Source: Prochlorococcus sp. MIT 0801
Lineage (GTDB): Bacteria > Cyanobacteriota > Cyanobacteriia > PCC-6307 > Cyanobiaceae
Direction: 5' to 3'
DNA: 32,000 nt
NCBI RefSeq assembly: GCF_000757865.1
Contig: NZ_CP007754.1
Location: forward strand, 1,110,001-1,142,000
The position numbers and the translations under genes are program-made. The notes beneath the pieces were generated by a model, which was not told the DNA's origin, did no database searches, and was given only the letters and a program-made list of their open reading frames with translations. The stretch's first letter is position 1. The number at the start of each line of letters is the position of its first letter. This document shows, piece by piece, positions 24,289 through 31,804 of the stretch.

Positions 24289-24360
24289 GCGGGTGTAGTT
24301 CAGTGGTAGAACGTCAGCTTCCCAAGCTGAATGTCGCCAGTTCGAGTCTGGTCATCCGCT
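24289..24360 (+). tRNA. trnG: tRNA-Gly (anticodon CCC)
   Basis: The full cloverleaf folds by hand: GCGGGTG-TA-GTTC-AGTGGTA-GAAC-G-TCAGC-TTCCCAA-GCTGA-ATGTC-GCCAG-TTCGAGT-CTGGT-CATCCGC-T. CCA is not encoded. Confidence 0.95.
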
Positions 24361-24464
24361 TAAAACAAAAAAAAGGGATTCTAATTGTGTGGTGTAACTC
24401 ACAACTGCAAGTTCAGTCCACAGAAAACAACTGATATAGACATAATTAATTTTTTAAGATTTCC

Positions 24465-24809
24465 ATGGATAATCCCTCGAAGGAACAAATTCTTGCATCA
24501 TCCAGTGGATGGGTAGCTACAACATTAAATTTTCTTCCAGGATTAGGTGCTGGATACCTTTACCAACGTCGCTGGATTCCTTACTTTGCAACTGGAGGAG
24601 CCGCTACAGCTTGGTTCGTTTTAGGTGCCATTTTGAATGGTGATACAGAGCCAACAAAATCTCAACAATTAATTGGGATAGGAGGCTTATTTTTGATTTC
24701 AATCACCACAATGATTGAGGCTAAAATTGCTCATAAGAAAGCAACATTAGCCGTAGAAGAACAACTAGAGGCAAAAACTCAAAAGAAAAAAACAGGTCTT
24801 TTTAGATAA
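24465..24809 (+). CDS. membrane protein (114 aa)
   Basis: ATG ORF with two or three TM helices and a GLGAGYLYQRRW motif, plus a Lys-rich tail. Confidence 0.7.
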   Translation: MDNPSKEQILASSSGWVATTLNFLPGLGAGYLYQRRWIPYFATGGAATAWFVLGAILNGDTEPTKSQQLIGIGGLFLISITTMIEAKIAHKKATLAVEEQLEAKTQKKKTGLFR

Positions 24810-24959
24810 GCAACCAATTCGCAAAATGAGAAGTACTTATATTTCAAATAACTTAGTTCTGTAAAAAGAGGCTGAAGATATGACTAATGCGACAGAATTC
24901 TAAATAAGAATATGGAAAAATCTTTTTAATTTCTAATTATTCGATCTAATAAGAGTCTC

Positions 24960-25238
24960 TTGAGACAAGCTTATTCAGCTTCGAGATTTATGTTCCGTCT
25001 AAAGAATAGACAGCAGTCTATGAAAGTGAATAGAACAAAACTTATGAAAGAAGAAAAAAATATTTGTCTTTATAGAGATATAAAGAAAGAGTATCGTTGT
25101 ACTGCCAATTTATTAGAGCAAGCTGGAGAAAGTAAATCAATCACAATGTTTTCTAATCATGAAGGAAGACCTTTAATTAATGAAGTCGGCTTCATTTATG
25201 ATTCAACCGTCATCACAAGTTACTCAAAAATTAATTAA
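24960..25238 (+). CDS. hypothetical protein (start uncertain)
   Basis: TTG-started track ORF with in-frame ATGs at 24990 and 25020. It ends 3 nt before the next gene. Confidence 0.35.
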   Translation: MRQAYSASRFMFRLKNRQQSMKVNRTKLMKEEKNICLYRDIKKEYRCTANLLEQAGESKSITMFSNHEGRPLINEVGFIYDSTVITSYSKIN

Positions 25239-25241
25239 AAG

Positions 25242-25493
25242 ATGAAACACTTTCTTTCTATTATTGTATTTGCTGCATTTATGAGTGGCTGTACCAAGAA
25301 CACATCTCCAGTCAGTTCCTTAAAAACAAATTTAATCTCTGAAACTCAAAGGCAAAGAAATCTTTGCCTAGATTGGTATGCCTACAGAATTGAAACGGAA
25401 AAAGCAATCTCAGACCTAAATCTCAAGACAGAAAAAGAATCTGATTTAATGGTTTATTGTGAGTTTTTTAAAAATGTAGCTGATACGAATTAA
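25242..25493 (+). CDS. small lipoprotein-like secreted protein (83 aa)
   Basis: It has a signal peptide with a lipobox-like FMSGC. The mature part has a Cys pair and AISDLNL, resembling 5002..5241 and 7570..7776. Confidence 0.55.
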   Translation: MKHFLSIIVFAAFMSGCTKNTSPVSSLKTNLISETQRQRNLCLDWYAYRIETEKAISDLNLKTEKESDLMVYCEFFKNVADTN

Positions 25494-25705
25494 TTTTTAA
25501 AACGAATTATATTGGCCATCTACTTTTATGTCTTGCAACTTTCTCATCGACATAACTGAATCAACAATATTACACTCCAAATTTTTTAAGTCTTATCTAC
25601 TGGTTCAAATAAAATTTTTCAGCATTAAAGCTACGGATCTATGCTAGAAATATAAATGAAAGAATCATCAAATTTAAAGACTTAACTAACCACCAATAGG
25701 TCTGA

Positions 25706-27400
25706 ATGAGCAGTACTGAAGCTATGCCGAAAACAAGAACTTTTTCTGAGTTTGCGAAACAGGCTGACTACTCACTCATGGATTCACTCGAAGCTGACCC
25801 TCAGGCAACTGAGGATGGTGACGACCACCTAACACGAGAAGTCTTTTCTGGTCACTATGTACCTGTCACTCCAACAGCGATTTCAAAGCCAGAATATGTC
25901 ACGCACAGTAAAACATTATTTAACGAATTAGGCCTGAGTCAAGAACTTGCTCTAGATGAACTTTTTCGTCGTCTATTTTCAGGCGATATAAGTGTTGCAA
26001 CAGCACCCATGCGACCAGTTGGTTGGGCTACTGGTTACGCACTATCGATCTATGGAACTGAATATACTCAACAGTGTCCATTTGGGACAGGTAACGGCTA
26101 TGGAGATGGTAGAGCAATTTCAGTATTTGAAGGTATATTTAATGGCAAAAGATGGGAGATGCAACTTAAGGGAGGAGGGCCTACACCATACTGCAGAGGA
26201 GCTGACGGACGAGCAGTGCTACGTTCAAGTGTTCGTGAGTTTTTGGCGCAGGATTATATGCAGTCACTTGGAGTACCAACATCACGATCTCTCACACTAT
26301 ATGCCTCTAGATCTGAAACAGTCCGCAGGCCTTGGTATACAAAAGACTCAAATTCAATCAATCCAGACATATTGGTAGAGACCCCAGCCGCAATCTCAAC
26401 ACGAGTTGCACCATCATTTTTACGGGTTGGTCAGATAGAACTCTTTGCACGTCGAGTACGCAACAATGAGCATCAAGATGCAATGAAAGAGCTCGAGATG
26501 ATTGTGAAGCACTTAATCATAAGAAATTATAAGAAAGAAATTGATCCGACTCTTAGCTTTAGCAATCAAGTCGTTGAGCTTGCAAATTCATTCCGAGAAC
26601 GACTCACATCATTAGTAGCTAATTGGATGCGGATCGGCTATTGCCAAGGTAATTTCAACAGTGACAACTGTGCTGCAGGTGGTTTCACCCTCGATTACGG
26701 TCCATTTGGATTTTGCGAACTCTTCGATCCGAGATTCCAACCTTGGACAGGAGGTGGGGAACATTTTGCATTCTTTAACCAACAAGTTGCTGCCGAAGCA
26801 AATTATCAAATGTTTTGGGGGGCTCTTCGACCTCTGCTTAATGGCAACGCAGAGTCACTGGAAAGGCTCGATAGTATCCGTGATGGATTTACTACAGTCA
26901 TGAATCAAAAAATGGAGAACATGTGGGCAAAGAAACTAGGCCTAGTCACCTATGACGCACCTTTAGTAAATGAAATGCTACGGCTCATGGTTCACACAAA
27001 GGTGGACTACACAATCTTTTTCCGAAAACTTTCAAGTATTCCAAACAAACTTACGGACTTAAAAGATAGTTTCTATCTACCAATTTCAGAAGAGACTGAG
27101 AGCAAGTGGATCAGTTGGCTACAAAGATGGCGGGAGCAAGTAATAAGCAAAGGTGATCAAAATGAAATTTCGGCAAAGATGAAAAGCATTAATCCTAAAT
27201 ACACTTGGCGGGAATGGCTCATTACACCAGCATACGAAAAGGCAGAGGAAGGCGATTATGGCCTCATAAAAGAGCTACAAGCTGTTTTAGATGAACCTTA
27301 CGAGGAGCAATCATTAGAAATACAGAAAAAATATGACAGACTTAAGCCCAAGAAATTCTTTGGAGCTGGGGGGGTTTCCCATTACAGCTGTTCATCATGA
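25706..27400 (+). CDS. selO: SelO/YdiU-family protein adenylyltransferase (UPF0061)
   Basis: The 564-aa ORF has the family hallmarks [30 protein letters not shown] and NFNSDN...G.T.DYGPFGF. A hand count of the first 100 nt gives 46 G+C, against 30 in the upstream spacer. Confidence 0.93.
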   Translation: MSSTEAMPKTRTFSEFAKQADYSLMDSLEADPQATEDGDDHLTREVFSGHYVPVTPTAISKPEYVTHSKTLFNELGLSQELALDELFRRLFSGDISVATAPMRPVGWATGYALSIYGTEYTQQCPFGTGNGYGDGRAISVFEGIFNGKRWEMQLKGGGPTPYCRGADGRAVLRSSVREFLAQDYMQSLGVPTSRSLTLYASRSETVRRPWYTKDSNSINPDILVETPAAISTRVAPSFLRVGQIELFARRVRNNEHQDAMKELEMIVKHLIIRNYKKEIDPTLSFSNQVVELANSFRERLTSLVANWMRIGYCQGNFNSDNCAAGGFTLDYGPFGFCELFDPRFQPWTGGGEHFAFFNQQVAAEANYQMFWGALRPLLNGNAESLERLDSIRDGFTTVMNQKMENMWAKKLGLVTYDAPLVNEMLRLMVHTKVDYTIFFRKLSSIPNKLTDLKDSFYLPISEETESKWISWLQRWREQVISKGDQNEISAKMKSINPKYTWREWLITPAYEKAEEGDYGLIKELQAVLDEPYEEQSLEIQKKYDRLKPKKFFGAGGVSHYSCSS

Positions 27401-27584
27401 AATAAAACCAAAATTCAAATTCTACGTAGCAAGGGTTGTGAATTAAAAAAAAGCTTAATTATCCTCAATAGGAAAAGCAAGCATAAAAAGATTCTTTTGA
27501 TGGCTTTTTTATATAGATAACCGAACAAAACAAGCTCTCGCTAAATAAATAATTGAAACATCATTAATTGATTGAGGTAAAACT

Positions 27585-27713
27585 ATGTCTGAAGAAACAA
27601 AGTCTAAAATCAGAATTTTTCTTCCATTTAGTTGGTTCATCCCAGCTCTTATTTCTTTTGGAGTGATCAATTTTCATCAACTCTCAGCTGGTATCTCACC
27701 AATATCCATTTAG
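27585..27713 (+). CDS. small membrane peptide (42 aa)
   Basis: A GAGG Shine-Dalgarno site lies 7 nt upstream. The product is MSEETKSKIRIFLPFSWFIPALISFGVINF.... It is the first of three tightly packed micro-ORFs. Confidence 0.45.
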   Translation: MSEETKSKIRIFLPFSWFIPALISFGVINFHQLSAGISPISI

Positions 27714-27717
27714 TACT

Positions 27718-27852
27718 ATGTCATCACATATCCCTGAGTTCTATGAATCAATAGTTGAGGCTTCAAAGAGAGGTGAGTTGTGGGGACTTGATCAATTTTC
27801 CAATAACACTAATCAACTTGAGATCAACTTCGATCCTTCTGTTTATAAATAA
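27718..27852 (+). CDS. hypothetical peptide (44 aa)
   Basis: It starts 5 nt after the previous stop. ORF evidence only. Confidence 0.35.
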   Translation: MSSHIPEFYESIVEASKRGELWGLDQFSNNTNQLEINFDPSVYK

Positions 27853-28019
27853 TGCAAGACTTCGATAAAATAAATCCTCTAAACCATAAAGATAGAGAAT
27901 TACTTTCTGATTTAAAATCTACCTTTGACCTAGGGACACAGACAATTATCGGCCAGGATGAAGATGAGATAATTGATGACCTTGTTGATTTAATGGCAGA
28001 AAAAACTCAAGAGCAATAA
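27852..28019 (+). CDS. acidic hypothetical peptide (55 aa)
   Basis: The ATG overlaps the previous stop (TAATG). The product is MQDFDKINPLNHKDRELLSDLKSTFDLGTQTIIGQDEDEIIDDLVDLMAEKTQEQ. Confidence 0.4.
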   Translation: MQDFDKINPLNHKDRELLSDLKSTFDLGTQTIIGQDEDEIIDDLVDLMAEKTQEQ

Positions 28020-28127
28020 TTAACCTCGAAACTCTAATTTATTTCTATGAATTTAGGTAATTAGGATTGTAGGTATGACAAAACACAAATAATTAAATGA
28101 TACTTCCGAAAGTCAAAAAGCAATCAT

Positions 28128-28373
28128 TTAACTATTAATTTTATCCCAAATAATTTCGGCATCTCTGAGGAGATAGATAGCCTCTTTTCTTCCAACCGCT
28201 TTTTCTGCATCATTCATTAACTTAATGTACCTCTCTCTCAATGCCTGCTTTTCCATGACAACTTTGGTAAACATATGAAGCTTTTCATGTTGATCGTCTA
28301 CTTTGCTATTGACTACATTCTTTATGAAGCCATGCGTAGATCTAACTTTCACCCGAACATTGTGTCTACTCAT
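28128..28373 (-). CDS. hypothetical basic protein (81 aa)
   Basis: ATG ORF with no competing ORF. Confidence 0.5.
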   Translation of the reverse strand: MSRHNVRVKVRSTHGFIKNVVNSKVDDQHEKLHMFTKVVMEKQALRERYIKLMNDAEKAVGRKEAIYLLRDAEIIWDKINS

Positions 28374-28443
28374 TTAACTAAATCTTGGTTTCTGATTTAT
28401 GAATAATTATTCTGCGAAGGGATATTATCAACCGCGTGTAGGG

Positions 28444-28599
28444 TTAACCTCCAATATTTTTCAAATTAGAAGCTTTACTTACTTCGATTCCATAGTCTTT
28501 AGCAAGTTCAATCAACTCTTGCATTGATAAATCAACGAGATAGCTACGAATACATTGATAAGCATTAAAACTTTCAATACTTCTTCTCTCATTAAACAT
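28444..28599 (-). CDS. Nif11-leader-like small protein ending in Gly-Gly (51 aa)
   Basis: Hand translation gives MFNERRSIESFNAYQCIRSYLVDLSMQELIELAKDYGIEVSKASNLKNIGG followed by a stop. The ELAKDYGIEVS segment resembles the ..AKeaGFe.s.. core of Nif11-type leader domains. The resemblance is weak. Confidence 0.4.
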   Translation of the reverse strand: MFNERRSIESFNAYQCIRSYLVDLSMQELIELAKDYGIEVSKASNLKNIGG

Positions 28600-28795
28600 T
28601 GCACGAGAAATTCTTAAGGCTAAGGCTTCTTTAGTGAAGAGTGCACCAAAACAACTATTAAAATACTAGTCAAACTCAGGATATGTTCGTGGACAAATTA
28701 TATTAAAAAAATCAAAAAATAAGACCAACATAGTTCTCCTCAAAGTCACACTCTCAAAATTGACCTTTTAATATTTTGATTTAAATAAATTAACG

Positions 28796-29008
28796 ATGGG
28801 AGAAGCAAAGAGAAACAAAAAACTTGGATTCATCCCAAAGACCTCTAAGACTTCAGAAAAGAAGGAGTTACTCAAAGAACCAAAAGGAAGGCTTATCTCA
28901 TGGTCTCCTTGGCCTCCTGCTAATTTTAAAACTCGTTACCCAGCATTCCCTTTAGTTACGACTGTTTTGATTTTAATAATTTTACGCTGGCTAACACTAG
29001 CCCACTAG
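28796..29008 (+). CDS. small membrane protein (70 aa) with MGEAKR N-terminus
   Basis: ATG ORF with a basic N-terminus and a C-terminal TM helix (PLVTTVLILIILRWL). Confidence 0.55.
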   Translation: MGEAKRNKKLGFIPKTSKTSEKKELLKEPKGRLISWSPWPPANFKTRYPAFPLVTTVLILIILRWLTLAH

Positions 29009-29059
29009 CTTAATTAATTACTAGAACAAGTGAAAACTTATATAACCAATGTAAATTAT

Positions 29060-29242
29060 TCAAAAATGAAAATAAGGTATTTCTCTAGGAGGAGCTGAAC
29101 GTATAGAACAGATCCCAAATTGCAAACACTCCATCACATCATCATCATATTTTGGCTTGTAATTAGAAAACAACTCAGACATTTCATTCTCCTGGATAGG
29201 AGCTCCAGAAAAATTATCAAACAATTGCTTTGAAAATGGCAT
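29060..29242 (-). CDS. ECLQFGIC-motif peptide, copy 1 (60 aa)
   Basis: MPFSKQLFDNF...KYDDDVMECLQFGICSIRSAPPREIPYFHF. The start is set at the internal Met to match the lengths of the paralogs. Confidence 0.65.
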   Translation of the reverse strand: MPFSKQLFDNFSGAPIQENEMSELFSNYKPKYDDDVMECLQFGICSIRSAPPREIPYFHF

Positions 29243-29457
29243 GATTAGACATCTAAACATCCTTTTTAATTTCTACTCATTTTGGTTTAAGAAATCTATA
29301 GGAAGGAACACTCAAGTATTTATACAATCAAGGAAAACTAATTCAATATATGGAGGTCAATTATCTAGTGCTTTGTTTAAAAAAAAATGTTTTATTGATG
29401 CGAAGTCATTTTTTCTCCACGCTTTACTCTAGCTTTCTCAATAAATAAAAAGTTCCA

Positions 29458-29715
29458 CTATTTTGATTTATCTCTTTGAGTAAAGCCATCAGGGGATTGA
29501 AGGTATGAAGTTTGACCTAAATAAGGATCTTCACCAAAAAGATCATTCATCTGCATTTCTGTCATTTGGCTAGGAGCTTGAACAATTTCACTTGAATCTG
29601 ACTCTTTAAGCGATAAATCTATTTCAACTGCATTAAGAGCAACAGGACAGACAATCAAAAGAAGACCAAGAGAGCAAGAAACAAGTCTGAATAGCAATGA
29701 GTCATTCATTCTCAT
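29458..29715 (-). CDS. small secreted protein (85 aa)
   Basis: MRMNDSLLFRLVSCSLGLLLIVCPVALNA forms a signal peptide. The N-terminal 32 codons of the track ORF overlap the upstream gene in another frame and were trimmed. Confidence 0.55.
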   Translation of the reverse strand: MRMNDSLLFRLVSCSLGLLLIVCPVALNAVEIDLSLKESDSSEIVQAPSQMTEMQMNDLFGEDPYLGQTSYLQSPDGFTQRDKSK

Positions 29716-29719
29716 GAAA

Positions 29720-29875
29720 TCACCTATCGGAAGAATCGGAACTATCAACTTGCTCAACAGTCTCATCTTGACTTGCTTTATTCTTATTTGATAATGAGCA
29801 TCCACCTTCACCCCATGCCAAAACAGGAGCTGTCGTAAAAGAAAAGACTAATATTAAAGGAAGAATTTTATTCAT
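29720..29875 (-). CDS. small secreted acidic peptide (51 aa)
   Basis: Hand translation gives MNKILPLILVFSFTTAPVLAWGEGGCSLSNKNKASQDETVEQVDSSDSSDR. It has a signal peptide, and its stop lies 4 nt before the next start. Confidence 0.5.
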   Translation of the reverse strand: MNKILPLILVFSFTTAPVLAWGEGGCSLSNKNKASQDETVEQVDSSDSSDR

Positions 29876-29934
29876 AAGTACAAATAAGAAACAAATCAAT
29901 ATTAAACCCTTTTCAGAAAGTTCGTTTAACTAAG

Positions 29935-30399
29935 TTAATTCATATCCATTTCTATTTCCATTTCATTCATAGAAACCTCACTCTGATCATTATCTAATGG
30001 TCCTTCACTAATTTCAGGCAAATTTTCTTCGATTACTTCAGGTAAAGATGGTTCAATAACTATCCCGAGAGGATTATCACCACTGTCTTCTAGAATTGAG
30101 GGCTCATCTAATAGTGACTTGTCTTCTTGATCAATCAGTAATTCTGATTCTTTTAAAAGATTATTATCTTCGCTCGCTATTCTTTCACTATTATCCTTTA
30201 TTAGTAATTTCGAAAGATCAACAACGTTTATGATTACCGACTTCTGACCTTCATACATATCTTGTATCAAATTAATTATTTCCCCAGATTTTGTGGGTTG
30301 GGCAATAAATGCAAAACAAATCCAGCCAGCCAGAATAATTGAGATTAAGACAATAGAAATAAAAGCAGAATACATCGCTCTTATTATTGTTTTGATCAT
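29935..30399 (-). CDS. membrane-anchored acidic protein (154 aa)
   Basis: It has an N-terminal TM helix (FISIVLISIILAGWICFAFI) and a long Glu/Asp/Leu/Pro-rich tail. The architecture resembles 9209..9556. Confidence 0.6.
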   Translation of the reverse strand: MIKTIIRAMYSAFISIVLISIILAGWICFAFIAQPTKSGEIINLIQDMYEGQKSVIINVVDLSKLLIKDNSERIASEDNNLLKESELLIDQEDKSLLDEPSILEDSGDNPLGIVIEPSLPEVIEENLPEISEGPLDNDQSEVSMNEMEIEMDMN

Positions 30400-30557
30400 T
30401 CGGTAAATTTAGATATTGTTAAATCTAGGCACATCATTTGATACTTAAAACGGCCTCTTCACACCCTGTAAAGGCGTATAAATACTTTGGGGTTTACTCT
30501 CTAGTTTTTGAGTCATGATTAGAGTAGAAATGTAAAGAGTAATTAAGGAGTTTAATT

Positions 30558-30725
30558 ATGTCTTTTAATCCATTCAAACCTCTAATTCACAACATCCAAG
30601 CAATATTCATCAGTAATATTCAAACTGAAAAGCAACGAAAGGACGATGAACAGGAATGTTTACAGTTTGGGATTTGTGCTGTTCAAGCCCATTCACCTAG
30701 ACCAGAGGAGTTGTATTTTGGATAA
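30558..30725 (+). CDS. ECLQFGIC-motif peptide, copy 2 (55 aa)
   Basis: AAGGAG lies 8 nt upstream of the ATG. The product is MSFNPFKPLIHNIQAIFISNIQTEKQRKDDEQECLQFGICAVQAHSPRPEELYFG. It is below the track cutoff. Confidence 0.65.
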   Translation: MSFNPFKPLIHNIQAIFISNIQTEKQRKDDEQECLQFGICAVQAHSPRPEELYFG

Positions 30726-30739
30726 AAATAAATCCAACA

Positions 30740-30878
30740 TCATGCCACTTCAGGAATATTTTCAATAAATTCATCTAATTCATGAAATTTTCGTTCTAAA
30801 TAAATGATCTTTTTGGTTTCAGTCATTTCATCAGAATAAAATTTTACTGGCAAATGAGAAAGCAGGGTATCACCGCTC
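30740..30878 (-). pseudogene. frameshifted paralog of 8277..8447
   Basis: MSGDTLLSHLPV then hits a stop (30831..30833). A shifted frame continues as YSDEMTETKKIIYLERKFHELDEFIENIPEVA. The intact paralog reads MSGDNLLGEQPLKFYSDEVTETK. The indel lies in the a/t run near 30836..30844. Confidence 0.4.
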
Positions 30879-31134
30879 ATCAATCAATTTCAACTAAATT
30901 TTAAATCTATTAAACCTAATAATCTAAAAAAGCCAATCCCTACAGCTATTAAAATGTTGTATACCTAATTTGAAATCTTCAAATAATTTCAAGAAAAACA
31001 AGTTGCTAAAATTTAAAAATCTTGATAGAAAAAACTATTGATTATTGAAACAGAATAAATACTTAAGTGTTTATTCTCTAGGTATCATTCACCCAATAGG
31101 AGTAGAAATAAAACGTGGATCTTCGAGCGTGTTT

Positions 31135-31323
31135 ATGTCCTACGGAAATCGATTTGCTCAATTGACTACAGAGGCTGCTGAAAATGCTGCTCGTCTTGTT
31201 CTTAGTCAACTATCTGAAAGACTCAGCTTTTCAAAACATCCATCAAATAACGATGAAGAAATGGAGTGTTTGCAATTTGGTATCTGTTCTTATCAAGTTC
31301 AACCACAAAGAGTAAATTTCTAG
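31135..31323 (+). CDS. ECLQFGIC-motif peptide, copy 3 (62 aa)
   Basis: MSYGNRFAQLTTEAAENAARLVLSQLSERLSFSKHPSNNDEEMECLQFGICSYQVQPQRVNF. I chose the internal ATG of the TTG-started track ORF by length analogy with the paralogs. Confidence 0.65.
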   Translation: MSYGNRFAQLTTEAAENAARLVLSQLSERLSFSKHPSNNDEEMECLQFGICSYQVQPQRVNF

Positions 31324-31333
31324 AGGTCATCAA

Positions 31334-31411
31334 ATGAAATACACTGAACTACTTTTAATATTTTCATCATTGTCATTGACGTTTTTAGGTTTCTCTTTTC
31401 TCGCTATTTAA
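31334..31411 (+). CDS. possible hydrophobic micro-peptide (25 aa)
   Basis: AGAGG lies 7 nt upstream. The product is MKYTELLLIFSSLSLTFLGFSFLAI. It starts 10 nt after the stop of copy 3. ORF evidence only. Confidence 0.3.
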   Translation: MKYTELLLIFSSLSLTFLGFSFLAI

Positions 31412-31471
31412 CAAAGAAGAAACCTTATAAAATATTAGACTGACAATTCTATCGCTGAATAGATTAGTAAG

Positions 31472-31804
31472 TCATTGATTATCAGAGTCCTCCAAAAGAT
31501 CAGAATATTCTGAAGACTTTGCTATCGGCAACTCGGACGCGCTATTTGTTGATCTCACCAACAAAGCCGTTAATTCTGCTGTCCTTTTATTATTAGCAAC
31601 ATTGTTACCGTGAGCTGAAACTGCTGCTCCAGCCACAAGGGCAGAGATTGGCTTCCACCAAGGTAAAGACTTTAAGTCATTCTTTTGAATTTCAGCCAAG
31701 AAGAAACCTAAACCAAACAAAACACCAAATACAGCTCCTGACCAATGGCATATTTCGGCGGAAATAGATGTGCTTTTTTCGGCAGCAATAATTTGATCTT
31801 CCAT
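31472..31804 (-). CDS. membrane protein (110 aa)
   Basis: ATG ORF with two TM helices (WSGAVFGVLFGLGFFLA and ISALVAGAAVSA) and an acidic C-terminus. Confidence 0.6.
   Translation of the reverse strand: MEDQIIAAEKSTSISAEICHWSGAVFGVLFGLGFFLAEIQKNDLKSLPWWKPISALVAGAAVSAHGNNVANNKRTAELTALLVRSTNSASELPIAKSSEYSDLLEDSDNQ

Noticed and set aside
24240-24434. 64-aa track ORF on the plus strand.
   Set aside because: It runs straight through the tRNA-Gly gene and starts with GTG, so it is an artefact.
25992-26903. Track ORFs inside or antisense to selO (25992..26378, 26612..26809, 26661..26903). Similar nested ORFs occur in def (421..603), the HAD gene (21583..21771, 21847..22032), the DUF1499 gene (8826..9008) and the GT9 operon (16000..16221).
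   Set aside because: They are nested in genes with strong motif support and have no features of their own.
27389-27526. The selO stop codon is TGA, three codons after a Cys (C-S-S-TGA). This would read as a CxxU motif if TGA were decoded as selenocysteine, as at the C-terminus of eukaryotic SelO.
   Set aside because: Read-through would add about 41 AT-rich, Lys-rich codons with no resemblance to the short SelO tail. I see no convincing SECIS-like hairpin directly downstream of the TGA. The simpler reading is that the near-terminal Cys itself is the Sec-equivalent residue. It could still be tested by looking for selA/selB/selC/selD in the genome.
29716-29811. N-terminal 32 codons of track ORF 29458..29811.
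   Set aside because: This part overlaps, in another frame, a better-supported signal-peptide ORF (29720..29875). The internal Met at 29715 begins a typical signal peptide.
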